From Squalus acanthias (lineage: Eukaryota): DNA of 64,000 nt. Each line of letters starts with the position of its first letter. Position 1 is the first letter of the stretch. The position numbers and the translations under genes are program-made. Where the stretch lies: assembly GCA_030390025.1 (NCBI GenBank), contig CM059432.1:82462001-82526000 (forward strand). The letters are read 5' to 3'. Below are positions 61,495 through 64,000 of this stretch, one piece after another. The notes below the pieces were generated by a model. It did no database searches. It worked only from the letters and a program-made list of their open reading frames with translations, and was not told the origin of the DNA.

Positions 61495-62202
61495 GGGCTG
61501 GATTTTGATACTGGGGCGGGTTGGGGTCGTGTCATCCACTTTTCGTGTTATCCACCCGACTGCAATTGGATATGGGAGATTGATGCGATTTTCACCTAAA
61601 TGGGCAATTGAGTTCCAGCATGTGGGAACCCCTGACCCAATTAGTGTTTTCAGTCTGAAAGTCGCCTCTGATGATGTCATCATTGCTGCTGCATTGAAGG
61701 TCTGCAAAGACTGCCTGGCCTTTGCTGTGAGAGGACCTGGATGCAAAATGAGCAGCAGCAGCCCTAAGTCTGCTCCCAGATATTTTTGCACCACCACTCC
61801 TAGATATGTCTCCCATCCACCACCACTCCCAGATATGTCATCCATCCATCCTCCACCACCACTCCCACATCGATCAGCCAGCCCGCCAGCCAGCCAGCCC
61901 ACCCGCCCGCCCGCCCGCCCCGCCAGGTTTCACATTCGTCGTTCAGAACAGGCGTGCTTCACGTAGAAAAAGGGTTAAAATCACAAAGGCCTTTCAAAAT
62001 GGCATTATAGAGGCAATTTCGTGCTTGTTAAGGGCCTTAACAGCCTATCCCACCTCTTAGAGGCGGGACGGAGTCGGGACCAGCAGACACGATTTAATGA
62101 AAATTGCATGGAGGCGAGCTTGTGCCTGCCCGCCAGTTTTCGCAATTTTAACCCCCCACACGCCTCCAAACCCACCTCCACAGGTCAATGAAAATCCACC
62201 CC
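61495..62202. mobile_element. Harbinger-type MITE related to 36431-37274
   Basis: TIRs GGGCTGGATTTT / AAAATCCACCCC; shared right subterminal AACCCCCCACACGCCTCCAAACCC. Confidence 0.75.
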
Positions 62203-62603
62203 TCAGTGTTGCTAAGACCAGGTGAACCATTTTGAAAATTAAAAGATCCACCACATGGAGTGCAATTGATCACAGGGCAACTGATCCGCTCTCCTCTACC
62301 AGCACTTCATGTGGGATTTGTCAGATACTTTTCCCTTGCCAGGTGTAGGATGCTCCTTTAAGCTGCTGTAGGGACCAGAGTCTTGCAGCAGCAGAGATTT
62401 TCCACTCCACCCACCAGTGGACTCTGCTGCAAACCAGAATCCCCTGCAGGAGCCTGCCAAAAAAGGATTAAAAGCAGCAGACAGAAGAACGTCACACGAG
62501 CAGGTCAAGTGTTCATCTGCTGATATCACCGACAGTAATTTTGAGACTCATCTGCTTCTCTGCAATGTCAACATGACATTGATATGTGTGTGCTCAATAC
62601 ATT

Positions 62604-63367
62604 GGCCCAAAACTTCGGCTGAATACGGGAGAGTACGAACTGTGTACTCTCGCGCATTCGGTCCCGAAGTGACGGTTTCCTGCATGCACTGCGCATGCGC
62701 GGGAAACCGGCACTTCCGATATTGCTAAGGGGGCGGTTCCTAAGTGAACTGCGTGCGCACTACAGGCTGTGCGCACGCAGCGCACTTAGGTTTTTTTTCA
62801 GGTTTCAACGCGAGGGTAAGTATTGAAGATTTTACACATGAAGAAAGGAGGCGTAAGACCCCCTTTTAACAAGGTAAGTAGTTAATTAAGTATTATTTTA
62901 AAAATTTTCAACAGGTTTATCTTTTTTAGAGACTTTAAAGAAAGGTAAGTTTATTTTTATAACTTTTAAAAAGAATTTAAATTTTTTCAAAAATTTTAAT
63001 TTTTGTTTAAAGTGGTTAATTTATTTAACTATAGTTACTTTATTAATGTGATGGGTTTTTTTAAAATTTATTTGAGGTTTAGCTGTTCTTTTGGGGGCAA
63101 TTTGTATTCATAGCTTTGACAGCTCTTCCTGTCAAAGCTATGAATGAAAGATGGTGTGCTGCCATTGGCTCTCCATTGTCCACCTGATCCCAGAGGTCGC
63201 ATCGAACTAACTGCGCCTCTGGGACACGCACACACTGCGCGCCGGCACCAGGGAGAGGCCCGGGACCCGAAGTTCGTGTGGGCCCGAAACATAAAGGCAG
63301 GCGCGGTAGGTAAGATCGTGCCGGATCCTTACCCCCGCGGCAACCATCGAAGTCTAATTTCTGGGCC
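62604..63367 (+). mobile_element. Harbinger-type MITE (764 bp)
   Basis: TIRs GGCCCAAAACTT / AATTTCTGGGCC, perfect ATT TSD. Confidence 0.9.
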
Positions 63368-64000
63368 ATTGTTTCCCCAAAACCTACCAAGCTAAGTTAT
63401 ACTGCCACAGTGTGTAGAGGATATGGAATGAAGACTGCTGCTGTGTACTGATACCAGGTTCAGTAGTGTGTGGTTTCAGGAACAAAGTAGCATGCCTTTT
63501 GGCAGCTTGTGACAAACTTGGGCAAAGGGCTGACTTTGCTGTATAATGCAAGATCACCTAACTACCGCCTTAGCCCTGGAAATTAGGCGTATAAAGCTCA
63601 GTCAATTCAATCTTGATTCTGCTCATATTTACTAGTTTCTGTTTTTTCTACTTCAATTCTGTGGACCTGGAGGTTTAGAGAGTGTTGGTCTGGACCATGC
63701 TATCTCATTGGTGCATCAATTCTAAATTGAACACCAAGATCTGTTAGTATCAGCAACTTAAAATATATGTAAATTAATGGGAGCACTGATTTAAATCAAA
63801 TTTGCAAGTCCCAGCAGCAACAATGGGCCTCACAGACATCAGGTACAGGTCAGAAAACCGGGCACCTGCTTTTGCATTCCAATTCATGGGACAGCCGATA
63901 TTCCAAGAGGTGATTTGATAGCAAAAGGTGAGGATATGCTATTGACATGCATGGCATTATTTCAATATTTACAACTTGCATTTATACTGCACCTTTAACA

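Overview
Vertebrate, repeat-dominated intergenic or intronic DNA, most likely from a cartilaginous fish (shark-type CR1 LINEs, tRNA-headed Deu-domain SINEs, GIY-YIG Penelope-like elements). No host protein-coding gene can be supported. Main contents: (i) two full-length ~4.2-4.3 kb PIF/Harbinger DNA transposons (8008-12317 decayed; 29023-33193 with an intact 404-aa DDE transposase and a spliced Myb/SANT partner gene carrying two nonsense codons), three decayed ones, and about a dozen Harbinger-type MITEs; (ii) one near full-length CR1 LINE (~57310-61494) and many fragments; (iii) two Penelope-like families whose terminal repeats carry minimal hammerhead-ribozyme motifs, including an ORF-less, perfect 318-bp inverted repeat (45430-46091) with a ribozyme motif in each arm; (iv) a ~3 kb array of a 22-bp minisatellite that expanded from inside a SINE; (v) a three-level nested insertion in which a MITE landed on the ribozyme cleavage triplet. 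Family assignments rest on motif recognition by eye; no database search was run.
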